This document shows positions 23,055 to 36,586 of a stretch of 64,000 nt of DNA, piece by piece. Origin of the DNA: Auanema rhodensis. Its lineage: Eukaryota > Animalia > Nematoda. Within the stretch, counting starts at the first letter, position 1, and every line of letters begins with the position of its first letter. The translations under genes and the position numbers were made by a program. The stretch lies in assembly GCA_964057225.1 (NCBI GenBank), contig OZ059897.1, forward strand, positions 6,262,001 through 6,326,000. Reading direction: 5' to 3'. The notes below the pieces were generated by a model. It saw nothing but the letters and a program-made list of their open reading frames with translations. It ran no database searches and was not told the DNA's origin.

Positions 23055-24074
23055 ATGAAGCTTCTCATATTACTGTGCTTTTCCTTCATCTTCATTGGCT
23101 CGACAACAGCGGTAATCCACTTAATTTCAGGAATATTTATTTTTCATTACAATTTTATTTAAGGATGATCAAGCTGTTGATTTTTCGCAACCATTAACTA
23201 GCTCTCAAATGCATTGTGTTGCAAGTAACTTTTTCTTTGTTACAGTCAGGTATTTTATAATTTGAAATCATTTTATTTCATTCAAATGTAATATTCAGAG
23301 CTTATATGAGTACCAATAATGGAATGATCGACAATAATGTTTGCAATACATATCAAATACTTTCTGAAAGTAAGTTATAACTTTGTGAGTATCAGACAAG
23401 CTCATCTCGATCTCGAAGAAATTAAGTGAAATGGTGTATTTCGCTCATTACAGATCACGACATATGGCCAGGAATCTATATGATTCCTTCTGGAAATGGA
23501 TCAAAAAATGGAAATACTCAAGTTAATGAGATGATTAATGGATTGGGTGGACAATGTAAAGTATCCAATAATGTAAACTCTTTTCATCTTTGGGTATGAT
23601 ATCATAATTGAAGTGTCAAAACATTTTTCAAATTATAGATTACAAATCCTCAAGATTGGAGTTCAGATACATCTAAGAATGTTAAATTAATCCAAGATAT
23701 CATTCAGGGAGCTAATAAATCAGTGAATAATTTAAAATTCTAAATCAAATGTTTGTTATTGTTGTTCAGAGATGGTATGTCAGAAGTATTTACACCAATG
23801 AAGCTGATTGGAAAGCCATTACGAACAATGTGAACAATCAAGTTTTGGCTAATTATGATTTGCCATTATGGTATTTCATTTCTTTGAATTAGATCATAAT
23901 CTGCTTTAATTCTATAGGTGGGCTACTGCTCCAAAGACTGGAGAAGCTCCCCAAAACACGAGTAATTTCAAACCATTTGGTGGATGGTCACCTAATGATG
24001 TCCAGATCATACAGTATCAAAAGAATATACCAAGTTGTGGATTAAGTTGTAATACCAGTGTGTATGTTTCGTAA
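23055..24074 (+). CDS. Protist-type lysozyme, paralogue E
   Basis: Seven exons; AVDFSQP, RAYMSTNNGMID, SKNGNTQVNEM, ITNPQDW, IYTNEADWKAIT, FKPFGGW, CGLSCN. Confidence 0.9.
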
Positions 24075-24362
24075 TAATAATATTTGTAATAAAATAAATA
24101 TTTTATTTGAAATTTGATTCAAATACACGAACATACAATGAATATTCTGTTTTTATTTGAAATTTTGTGTCATTTTTTGAAGTCAAGTTGTATTACAGTA
24201 CCTACTATTACATAACAGAGTTTGTTAAAAAAAACGAAATGAAATCTGATCAGATAAGATTTTTGAAAACAAAAAATGAACTTATTTATTCAATATATTA
24301 ATAACAACACCTTTGTTAAAAAAAAACTGAAACAAATAAAGGAATCTCAGCTCGAAAAGTCA

Positions 24363-24400
24363 CAACCGTTCAGCTTTGTTTGAAAATGTGAAATGAAAAT
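24363..24400 (+). promoter_or_regulatory. Bipartite element CAACCG-N22-AAATGAAAAT (intergenic)
   Basis: Exact consensus; function inferred only. Confidence 0.55.
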
Positions 24401-24989
24401 TTGAAGCGCTTCGGCTTTTTGGAGAAATCTCGAAAATTCAAAACTTTGAAACATAAAGGTTTGTTTTTAAAAATTATCATGAAATTAGATATTTGAATAA
24501 ATTAATTTCAATCATATTCATATTCATTTCTATACATATAGTGACTTCTTATAATAAACTGTCAAATATTAAAAGTTTTAACAATTCTAATTCTTCATAG
24601 ATCAGGCTTTTACCATTAACCTATTATCTGATACTCGATGTGATGAAGAAAGAGTTTGAATTAATATCTTTTATATATTAAAATAATGAAGAAAATAATT
24701 AATTTATATGAATTTTTAACAAACAAATCTAGTTTATACATATAATTATTTATATTTATTCATTAAATATTAAATTTTTGTTTCAAATTTAAGTTTTAAA
24801 ATTTTTTTGTTTAAATGAAGTTTAAAAAGTTTCAAATTATTTATGTGAAAATATATTTATTTTATGAATTTCGAATTATTATTTGACGCTTAAAAATTCT
24901 TTTTAACATTCATATTAAGCCATATTTAGGTTGTAGTTTTGACGAATTCATCTTCAAGTACTCACGAATTGTGTTTCATGCTCATGAAC

Positions 24990-25260
24990 TTGCAAACACC
25001 ACTTACCCCCCAAGGTTCTAGTGCACGATTGCTCCAAATTCAGAATCTGCTAACGATTATAGTCTGCAAAATCATAAGTATTATGATTGATCTAACCCTT
25101 TGTACTATAAAGAGAAGAAATTCATTGAACTCTGTGACACAAAAGCATTGTGTTTAGTACAGTGATTTGTCTTCTCTCCATGAAAACTAAAAAGTTTTGA
25201 AAGAGAAAAGGAAAACAATTGTTTTTGAACGAACGACTAATACTAATTTTCATTTTGTTA
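24990..25260 (+). mobile_element. Possible very old Tc1/mariner-superfamily relic
   Basis: Weak resemblance only (PQGSSARL...KII...L.L..IK...L...IVF...FHF) to the second HTH through first-Asp region; in-frame stops. Confidence 0.25.
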
Positions 25261-26248
25261 CATCCTTAGTTGTAACCTAAGTCTCAAGGATGAGCATAGT
25301 CTATGTTAAGCTTTAAGCTTTAAGCTTGAAATTATTTGAATTATTTCATTCTTTCGTTAAGAAACAACATTTTCAAGGGAAACAAATAGATTTCAGTATA
25401 AAGTAGTAACAACTTTGAGTTTAAATAGACCGATGATCATGAGTAACATAATCAAAAATCTTAAGTTTTGTATAGAAAACTTGAATATTTTTGGTTTTTG
25501 GCTATTCGTTATAATACTTTCAGCAATTTTCCTGAAAAACGTTTTCCCCATCAATTCATTTCACTTTATATTTCTTGTATTGTTTTCATTGAAAAAGTTT
25601 TAAATACATTCATATAGTCCTTGAATGATGCTCTTCACGGAACATAATTCTCTTTCAAAAAGTTCTTTAAAATCATGTCCAAGCTGTAGTTTTCGCTAAT
25701 GCTTATGAGAGTAAAAGAGTTTCAACTTTACTACAACATTCCCAATTGTGATTTGATTCTTGAACATTAAACAAAGAATCAAACGTATACATACACATAC
25801 TCATCTGAAACCTTTATTCAACAAACCTTCCATTTTCTTTTTTTTTTTGGTAACAGAAAGCTATTGGTTGAAAGATTTTCTATAGGTTCTTTTTCGCAAA
25901 TATGCATAGTATTCGGAATAAAAAAAATCTAAAAAGATCGGAAATATGTAAGTAGTCAACATAATTCTCACAAATAATGAAATTATTTTCATTGACAACA
26001 AGGAAAAAAAAATATTTTGTTGAAAAACATTGATGTACTAACTTCACTTTTTGAAGATAATGGTTAAGAATTGTAATTTTTCTTTATTTAAATTATGAAA
26101 ATATTCTTTTAATTAAAAAAAGTTTAAAAAATACAAAAAGAGTTTTAATAAGATGTAAGAATAGTTTTATATTAATACTTATACATTGATTGTATTTCTT
26201 ATATAAGGATATGCATATTATGCATAATCGAATACTTATCTCTCTCTT

Positions 26249-26251
<3 letters not shown>

Positions 26252-26295
<44 letters not shown>
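26252..26295. repeat. (CT)n microsatellite
   Basis: Pure CT run; further CT/AG runs at ~31121-31180, 35677-35708, 36545-36583, 53827-53855, 55492-55564, 56344-56414, 57518-57559 and 58648-58725. Confidence 0.95.
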
Positions 26296-26297
<2 letters not shown>

Positions 26298-28804
26298 TTC
26301 CTTTAATTTTCTATGTACATATATGGATATATATGTATGTGTATGTAGTACGCAGTATGTATATCCTGAGGACTATAAAAGCTTCCCTATTACTCTTCAT
26401 TTCCGTCATTCCAATCCTATCTAAATCTACCTTCTTCCTTAATTCTTATAACTATTTTAGGAATATGTGTATAATTAAATATTATTCCAGTTATCAGATC
26501 TTTAAGCTTATCACACATTAAACAACATAAGCATGAAGAACTTCCTTATATAATTGAAAACATTCCCTCGTTTCTTAGAAATCATCAACGTCTTCACTAC
26601 TCAAATCATCGAAGTCATCTTTTTGGTTCAAGATTAGTAAGAAGATGATGTTTCATAGCAGTTTATTCATTTCAGAACGATCTTCTAGATCCGCTTAGTT
26701 TCAGTAGGATTGGCCTACTTTTCACTTGTCATCTTGAAATGTTCCAAATAATTTATATTAAACATCCAAAGTTAGACTCTATTCTCAATTTTTATTTCGA
26801 TTTTTACTTTTTTGAAGCAAAATGATTTCATTTTTCTCTCAAATTTCTCGAATAACTAATGTTTTTTGATATTATATGATAATCATCCTGGTTCCAATGA
26901 TCTGTGTACCATTGCGACCAGTATCGTATTTTCATTTTTTTTTTCGTTTTTTTCGCGGAAAAATGAAAAATTCTGTTATCGTTTCAAATAAATTTTATAA
27001 TGATCCGCTTATTCTTCAGATTATTGAATGTCAAAATGATTCTACTCCATCTTCGTTTCTTTGGAGTTAATTGTCCATCTGGCTAATACCAGTAGCTGGC
27101 TACTGGAATCTATATCGTTTCTTCGCTCTGTTCCTCTTCATTTCATCTCACAAGCTATGCATGTCTCTGCGCATGTTCTTAGTCACCCCCCCCCCCTCCC
27201 ACTCATACATATACATGGCTTGAAGACTTCTGTGGTAGTAGCGGACCGAGGCTTCATAGCTAACCTTACCCTCAACCCCTTCTCGTCTCCTCTCTACACC
27301 CCTTCAAACCTCTCTTCCCTCCCCTTTACTTTAGTCCGATTAATCCCATCATGCGTCGACTCACACACTTTCAATACATATGCTTTTGCTTCATATTCAA
27401 AGGCATCATTGGGTTTTTGTAGACCTTCATTATACATTATTCAATTTGTTTCATTTTCTCGTATAGTATTGAGGTGCTTTTTCTTTTTTTCTTTTTTTTT
27501 AATAAAAATACAAAAAGAAAAATAATAAATAACTATGTAAATATAAATAAATATATTCATATACATATGTACATACATATATACATATGAATGTATTTTC
27601 GACACAAAATTCACAATAAAAATTTGACTTTTCAATTAGGTTTCTTAACTTATAGCTTATTGTCTTCGATTTTTCATTAGTATATTCATTAACAAGTGGC
27701 AAAAAACGAGAATAATTCAGCATTTTTCTTATTTTTCCCATTTTTCATTCAATCCTTTATTCATATCCTTAATAAGAAATATACAAATTATATATTTTCT
27801 TTGTGAAAAAAAGCTCAAACTCACCCCATTTTCTTGATTTAAAGATTTTTAAAACTATATGTACTATGCTAAATGAGACATTTGCTTAATAGCATCCAAT
27901 TACAAACACTTACGTTGCTCATTTTCTCTTAAAGAATGGTTTTTTTTCTGTTAAAATTCTCACAAATACATTTTTTTGTCTTTTTCCTTGAAAAAAAAAA
28001 AGCTCTTTCATGAGATATTTGCATTTGTTTATCCACAAATAATATTATTTTGCGTCAAATCAATGATTACATTCATCTTCATTCAATTTACTATATACTA
28101 TTTGTAATCTTTTTTTCTTTTTTTTTCCAAATTTTTTAAGTGTTTTATCCTCATATTTGTCATTTTTTTTTCATTTTTTCTGCTTATTCGTTCATAATTT
28201 ACTTTCAATTTGTGGACACAGACACTCGCACCATCAGGCAATTTAGCGTTCAATGTCGTTTTCCTATTTTTAAAAAAAAAACATTGAAATCTAAATTTAT
28301 TGTTTTTGTTCTTATAATTTACCTATATATTATATAATATATATTCATATATATATATATATATACTAAAATACAAATGAATTAGAGTAAAAGCTTGAAA
28401 ATGGAGAATAACTAACTACAAGTTTTCTTCCAATATTTTCTAGTAGTAATGAGTTGACAGGAGAATATCTGCCTGTTCTCCTACTACTAAATCTATAATT
28501 AGTATATAGTATACATATAGTACACATATTTTATAATTTATCTTTGTAATATTTAAATTTATTTTTATATTTTCGTTAAAATTACTTATATCTATACATT
28601 ATTTATTTTTATTTTATTCCATCAACAAGTCTCTATATCATGTGCTTTCAATACTTTTTTTTGTGTGTCGGAAACAGTCGATTATATCAGCATTCAAATT
28701 TTATTTTTCGCGATCGTTTCAAGCGATTAAAATTATAAAACTTGAATTGGTCTCATGAAAATATATCTAAACTTAATTTTTTTTGTAACCTGTAACCTGT
28801 TCAC

Positions 28805-28834
28805 CATCATCATCATCATCATCATCATCATCAT
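28805..28834. repeat. (CAT)n microsatellite
   Basis: About 10 CAT units. Confidence 0.9.
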
Positions 28835-31138
28835 ATTATGCTTTCAAGTTTCTAACTGAACAGACAGTGAATTTGATCGTCATGGTAACTGGCTTCAAGT
28901 TTGGGCATTTGATTTTCGTTGCTGAACTCTGACTATACTCATCATACATATATTCCGTTCATTTACGCCTTCCATTCTCCTGACCTCTCTCTCTCTCTCT
29001 TTCGTTCTCTCTCTCTTTCCAATATAAAGTTCAAAGAAGTATTTTTCGAATTTTTGCACAAAGAAAGCTTTATCTTCACTTTTCGGATATTCTTCCACAG
29101 ATTCATCTCGTTACCTTGGATACCCGCCTAATCCACAGCCTTTGATTGCATAACTATCTCTTTGCCAGTCAAATCCGCTAGAATTCTTGCTGAAGCATTT
29201 ATCATTCTCACTACATTTTGCTTTATAATCTTTCTATTTTACATATAATTCTCTTCAAATTTTACATTTATTATGTGACAACATCATATCACAAACTATC
29301 ATCCATGTCTGCTCTTCAGTCTCATCTTTACATATCTTCCCACAGCTTTTCCTTCGGACCTCTTCCATCTCTGTCCTCCTCTCTCTATCTCTCAGTTTAT
29401 CCTTATCGCTCTAACATTCTACTCTTCTCTTGTCCTCTTCCTCATTTGCCAAGCGTCTATCATTCTTACGGAGTCTCTCTTTCCTGCCAATATAGCTTTT
29501 CTACCAGCCGAATCCAAGCGCAAATTGCTCCTCCTCCTCCCCCCCCCCTGGGTTTATCCAATTTAGCTTGTGGTCCACAACTAACTCCGCCTACTTTTCA
29601 TTCAACTTAGTATGCAAGCCCATATAAAGACCTCCCGTATTTCAGATCTGATTGTATATAAATCCTTCCTTTAGTGTACATTTCATTCTTTTAATTATTT
29701 GTAAAAGCATTCAATTTCTCTTTGTTACCATGCAATTATAAAGAAGTAAATGAACCAATATCCTATTTGGATCCGAAAAAACCTTTTATCAGATTAGATT
29801 TGTCTCTATCTACTTTATTCAATATTTTGTATTATATATATTCTCTCTCTCTCTCTTGCACTCTCTCCCTTTCTCTCTCTGTTTTTTCAACCGCCGTTCG
29901 TTGTCCATTGCCAACTGCCCCAACTATGCAGTTTCATTCATGTGCTACATCTTGATCGTTTGACGTTCCTGAACTCATATATGGACATCTGTCCACTAGA
30001 GAACTCAACCATACATCTCTTCATCGTTATATAACATTAAACTGGCTATCCATTATCCGTTTTATTGTTATTAGATCTCTAATTAAAGTTTTTCATTATA
30101 CAATCATCAAAAGTGATGCTTTTTCCATCATCTTAGTGTCATTTGCTCATTTTTAACTTCATTTTTTCTATTTTTACTAACTCAAACTCATGTTGTTTCA
30201 ATCTTTTTGCACTTTTTTTCCCAACTATTAGTAGTACAAATAGTTTCGACGATAAGACAAGAATATTCGTCAACAGAAGCAGCTTTATCATCATCGGTCT
30301 TCGAATGCCTTCTCGTTTCCTTTCATCTTGTTTTTTTTCTTTTTCTTGTTTATTTAGTCATTCGTTGTATCCAGCTCTTTGCTACATCTTATATCATAGG
30401 TTATCATCTACACTATCCATTTTCCTTTTCATTTTTCTTTTAAGATATTCACCAAAACAACTTCTTTTCTTTTTATTCTTGTTATGTCTTTGTTATCTTC
30501 TAAACTTCTGTTCAATGGATATTGCATGCCAATTCTCAAATTTCTATCCAGAGTTACATCCCCACTTATCACATATTTCAATTTCTATTGTTTTTATTCC
30601 TCTTCTTCTTCTTTTTTTGACAAACTCTAACTTTATTTCAAATCCGGAATATACTGTGTATATTTGAAAAACTTCTTTCAAACATAATATTTCTCCCCCA
30701 ATAAAGAGAAAAAACTTATATCAACTGTATATATATAGTATATGTCAATTTCATTCCGCCAACTTCATATAATAGCTATAAAGTTTCTTTTTTGTTCTTT
30801 CAAATTTTTATGTATTTCCTCCAATTATAAATTCTATTTTGAACTATTTTATTTTGTTTTATTCGGGTTATGACCAAACTTACTACGTACTTCAAACAAA
30901 TTCAAAACCCAAAAGCACGCTTTCGGTAACCATTTGATTGAAAGCTTCTTTCCTATTTAATTCTTCAACGTTATAAGTTTGTCAAGTTGCTTTTATAAAC
31001 ACTTTTCATTGAATGAATACCCTTCTTGCTCCTCTTCTTTTTCATAGAAAAGCTCATTTAGTACATCGGTTATATAAGCTGCACAAGTTTTCTTTCTTGT
31101 TTTTCTTATTACCTCCGAAACATCTCTCTCTCTCTCTA

Positions 31139-31181
<43 letters not shown>

Positions 31182-32622
31182 TTTTTTACACTCTGGTTCT
31201 TCATGTAAGGGACACATAGCTTATGTCTTTCGTTTTGGTCATCGTTTTCCGTTTCCTGTATGATTTCCTTTTTTACTCCTTATTGTCCCAACTCTCCTTC
31301 TTTATTACGTCTCCCGTACCATGGGGATCATCGTTAGAAACGTTTAAGTTCTTCTGATAGCTCAAACACAAGAATACCTTCGCAGACAAGCTTTTTACCT
31401 TGTTTTTTCATCTTCTTTTGTTTGTTTATTTGTCATTTTGCGTCCGTCTCTGATTATTTTTCAACTTTTCTATTTGTCATTCCTTTTTTTATCAAGCTGT
31501 CAGCTGAAAAAAATTAAAACGAAAAAACTCGTCTATCTTTTAAGATTGCTAGGCAACAATCAAATAATTCTTCCTCTATCTTATCTGTGTTTAGCTTAAT
31601 CCACTTGTTTCACATCCTTTATTTCGTATTCAAGGCTTATATCCTCTACTTCTCCACCTTCACATCTTAATCACATTCAGCTTTGAGCTTCCATTGATTA
31701 GTACTACCACATCGCATACGATCACTCTTTAACTTCACATAGTCATGTAGGGAACGTCGACCACGTAACATCTGGCATCTCCGATTACGCCTTAGTTGAA
31801 GCCCAACACTGCCACCCACCCTTAACGTCAAACAACACCATGCTTAGCTATGCACGAACAAGATTTTCTGCTCTCAGATTCGTCTATACTATATACTATA
31901 AGAGACGATAATCAGTATTAGCATTAGGAAATACTTGGATCAACCATCCTTTTTTCCACATACAAAACTAAATATACATCTATATATTAAATTCTCTCAA
32001 AAGTAGTCTGTGCACAAGGGGTGTGCACAGGATGGCTGAATGCTCAAAACTCCAGCTTAGTTTTCCATTTGCAACTGCAGAGTTACGATTCCATATTTCT
32101 GTTTAAGCTGTAAGAAAGTATTCTTTATTTTAAATATATATATTACTAAATAATTAATACTTATCAGCTTATATATCTAATTTCATAATTTGTTATTCAT
32201 TATTCTTCTTCGTTTCTATATTTTATCACAGATTATATACATATATATGTGTATATATCAAACTTTAATAACCAAATAACCATTTTTACTTTTGTTTTTA
32301 GAAAAAGGATTTGTAATTTTTAGTCAACAAACTCAAGTTCAAGTTCAAGTTCTTCATGCTTCCGAGTGAAATATTCTTATTTTCACTTGGCTTCCTCTAC
32401 CTTTCTATTGTCTTTCTGCAACATCTCTTTTTGTCTTTCTTACTTTTTCTTTTTAAACAACTCTCTAATATCTCTCATAACTCTCTCAATTCTTTATTTT
32501 CTTTTTGACCCTTCAAATCTTCTTTGTTTCAATTTTTCACAACTTCATCTCTCTTCTTTTCGTTAACATTCATAATTATTCTTTTATTTTTATTTTTCTT
32601 TCAATTACCTCCTTTTCAGTAA

Positions 32623-35600
32623 ATGCAACGTATTCACGGCTGGCTGGACCAGCTGACACTACGTCGCTCACGCAGACGTGGCCAGAATCAGAAAGAACGA
32701 CGAAATGCTAGTGTCGCAGCTAGTTGTCGCTTGAACGCCGAGAAGACATCTAGCACTTTCTCCTCGTCAACTCAGCCCAAACAGCTGGTACAAGTTAACG
32801 GTAATTTTCTTTTTTTTCCAAGTTTTTCAAATTTTTGTACGAAATTCTGATTTTGGTCATGATGAACGATCAGGAAATGTTTTTGCAAATACACGTTAAG
32901 CTTCTATGATATGTTAGCCGTAATCAAAATTTTCCAAAAGATGGTCAACTTCTTCTTCCAATTGTCGGCTTCTCCTTCCACTAAATCCTTTTTTTCTATT
33001 TGAAAAATGTGGAAAACGACACATCGTTCATCATTCATGACCCGAATTGTCCATTTTTGTCTCAACTATTCATATTGCCATTTGCAGTTCCTTTCATATT
33101 TCCGCCGCCACCGACTGAACCGCCAGTCTGTATGACGTCATCTTGTACACGAAGACGGGTAAATAAATTAAATATTTTGCTTGTAAAATTCTTTTAATCC
33201 TAACTTAGAGATGGAATGAAACTGAAATATGGAGAGAGAGAGAGAGAGTGTGTGTGTGTGTGATGAGAAGGATGAAAGAGGAGAAAGTGTATGATAGATA
33301 TGAGAGTTGAGAGAAAGATATATAGAACGAGTAGAAGAGGGAGAGAGAGAAGTGAATGAATAGAGAATGATGATTCAAAGAGATTTATATAATATAGAAG
33401 GAGCAATACAGGAGTGGATAAGAGTTTGAGAGGAAAACAGAGAGAAAGGGAATGGCTATTCCCATTCATACCTTAGTGCATGTCTAGTAAACTATTTATT
33501 GATATTTCCCTTAATATCGAGTGGTATATCTCTCAGAGAATTGAAAACCTTTAAATTCACATTTTGAATTGAAATGTTTGCAACATTGCCTTTTCCAATG
33601 TTATATTTTCAGGGAATTCGGACAAATCCTTGGCTTTATGTGGATCAATCACAGCCGCATGGTGAGTTACTTGATTAGATCTTGAAGAAAAAGCTTACGA
33701 GGCATTGGTAATAAACTTGGTTTCTGGCTTTCCTGTGTAGTTGGTGACTCTCATTTGACACATAAAATGCTATTTGGCTTCCTTGAGCCGTAAAAAGCGG
33801 AAAAATTTAGAGCATCATGCTCACATCATTGGATTGTATGGGCACGTATCGTATAATTCGATTCATTTCAATTACTAATTGGCTTCCAGCCAGTTCGTCT
33901 CTACCTAATCTATGTATAGTGTCATCTTTAGACTTCAATAAGCTGAATCATGAGTTCAGAATTTGAGAAAGAACGGAATAGATAATACGGAGAAAATGAT
34001 GCTGATGATCTACCAACAAGGGTCATGCCGTATTGCCACTGGCTGCATCAGTAGCAAGTGCTTAAAAACCAGTGAACTAGTTATATAAGCTGTTGTTGAC
34101 CTTTAGTAACATAGCAGTATCAAGTAAACAAATTTGTTAGAGCTCCTAATTACTAGTAGATGCTACTGTTTCATCAGATTCTTCTTGTTACTCTTAATAC
34201 TTTCAATTTCTCTCCATATCTTAGTATAGCTAATTGACCATAAATCCCAGTTAGTACGGCTAAAGCAAGACTGAAAACTGACCAGATGGTCATACGACAT
34301 AGCTTAGAGGTCGAGTTCTCATAGTCTTCTATAGGCTTGTTCTGTTTTCTTTTTTCGGTTAGATAATGGCATCTGGTCCTATATCTGAGAATAACGGGAT
34401 GTTCCAAGCTGAACGCTGATTCTGAAAGGAAAAAGCTGCTGAAAATAGAAAAAAAAGATTTGAAAGTTCATGAAAGCGATGAAATGCACAGTTTCATATG
34501 ACTTATTCATTGAATAGTCAACAACTATTGCTCAGAAGTCCAGTGAAACAAGGAAATGATGTGAATATCTAAACTTATATGTTTTATTTTAGGTTTATAT
34601 CATTCGTATACATCCAATGGTGGATTCTCTCTGGACCGCCGTTTACCACCTCCAACGCTTGGAGTTAAAAGCTTAGAAGAGAGCACATGCTCTTCTGGAT
34701 ACGGAAGTCAGGATTGCAGGTTTGTGTTTTTCCACTGGTTTCGTTGAATCGATTGCAAAGTTATCATGTGCTTGTTGACCAATATAGTGAGTATAGGAAA
34801 AAGATTCAAAAAGCAATTCATTGGTTGCTCATCTCATTTCTACCTTCCCCCTTGAGACCAACTGGTCCACACAAGTCTCTTTAGATGTGGTCATCATTCA
34901 GTTGGTTTTCTTAGCACTGCAACGGAGTCAGAAAGCTATCTATAATTCAGTCAAAGAGCAAGGAAGAAACAGCAAATTCAAGTAATAGTAGGGGACCAGA
35001 CAAATGATCAAAAAGGAATTTGAGAGGGAAAACATACTCTAGGCACAGTGAAAAAGTGGGAGGGTATGATCAAAAAGACTACGAAAGAGAGAGAGACCGT
35101 AGAAGAATAAAAGAAATGGAGAAGGCCGGAAAGCAATATCTCTGAAAATTTTGAATCTGGGAAACTTGCGTCTCTTTTCACTCTTAGGACTTCATCCGGC
35201 ATCTATATGGCACTCGCACTCAGATACTACAACTTGAACGTGGGAAAACTCATTGCACTGCCATATATGAGATCACGGATTTATCTCTACTCTAAACTCA
35301 TTGTATATTCCGCATCTCAAATGTTGAAGAAAATTTGTGAGATGACTTTATATATCTAGCTTCTTCTCCGGGATTACTCGTTTGTCGTCTTTGCGATGGC
35401 ACGACGGAAGACGAAGGGCACATCTAATATCTCTCGAGACCAACAATGCTGTTGCTTCAATGTCCATCAGGTCCTCTTACGAGTAGTAGATCGACTAGAT
35501 GATGATGAACTGGCAGTTTGACGCATCGGGATGATGATGATGATGATGTATAAAGGATTGAAATCGTAATTTAAACGAAAACTCTCACGAAAATATTATT

Positions 35601-35673
35601 ATTACTCAAATGTTTAAAAGAGGGAGAAAATTGAAATTAAAAACAAATATTTCTCTTTATTTCTTTAATGTCG

Positions 35674-35711
<38 letters not shown>

Positions 35712-36541
35712 TTCATCTGTGTGTCTGAATTAAGTAGTTATTCTCATTAAAGAAGCCTATGAAACCGCCTAAGGCTATAATATCTGCTTTTTGAAAGAAT
35801 TTGATCAGACTGCTTCTGTAAATTATCTAAAAACCTGTTACCAGATTCATGCCATCTGTCACACCATACTCATTACTTTTCAACTTCAAGAAAACCGGAT
35901 GAATACCAATGTTTTTTCGTACTTTCTTCTTGTCCAAGTTCAATAAAACGTAATCGAAATCTCATTTTCGTCGCAGAAAACATTGGGTTAGCTTTCGATT
36001 AGAATGAATTAGATGAAAATCGATGAAATGTCAAACACAATATGGAATCGAATACGTTGATTTGTCAACTACTTCTCAATATGTGCTGTTCTTTCTCCAA
36101 AATGTGTGGCCTGCCTAATACGCTAAAACCTAATTAGATCTTCAAAGTAGGCCAAGCCTGGAGCTTTCTCTTTAGCTCCAAATGATCAAGAAATGTGAGG
36201 GGAGAAAGCAGGGAAGAAAGGGGGTAAGCTGCTTTGAGAGAGTAGGACAGAGAGAGGACAAGCTTGAGGGTATCGTAGTTCAGCACACATTTACTATTTC
36301 TGTCTTCCTCCCGCTCTCCTTGTTACCTTATACTTATGTTCTATCTTTTCCAATATGTAACAAGACACTCTTCCTCTCTCCTGTATCTATCTGTCTTAAG
36401 AATCTCTTCTATGCAATTTATGGATGTAAGAGTAGAAGATTATAAAAGTATGGTCAGCACCATAGTATTAGTAATGAAATTGGGAAAAGTTTAGAATTTA
36501 GAGAAGATGAAAGAGACAATTATTGGTTAATTCACCTATTC

Positions 36542-36586
<45 letters not shown>

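Noticed and set aside
32008-32030. 9-bp hairpin CTGTGCACA-AGGGG-TGTGCACAG as a Helitron end
   Set aside because: Single occurrence with no other element features
18070-35800. Near-miss bipartite elements at 18070, 21121 and 35762
   Set aside because: Box 1 is not CAACCG and box 2 spacing or sequence is off, so they were not counted
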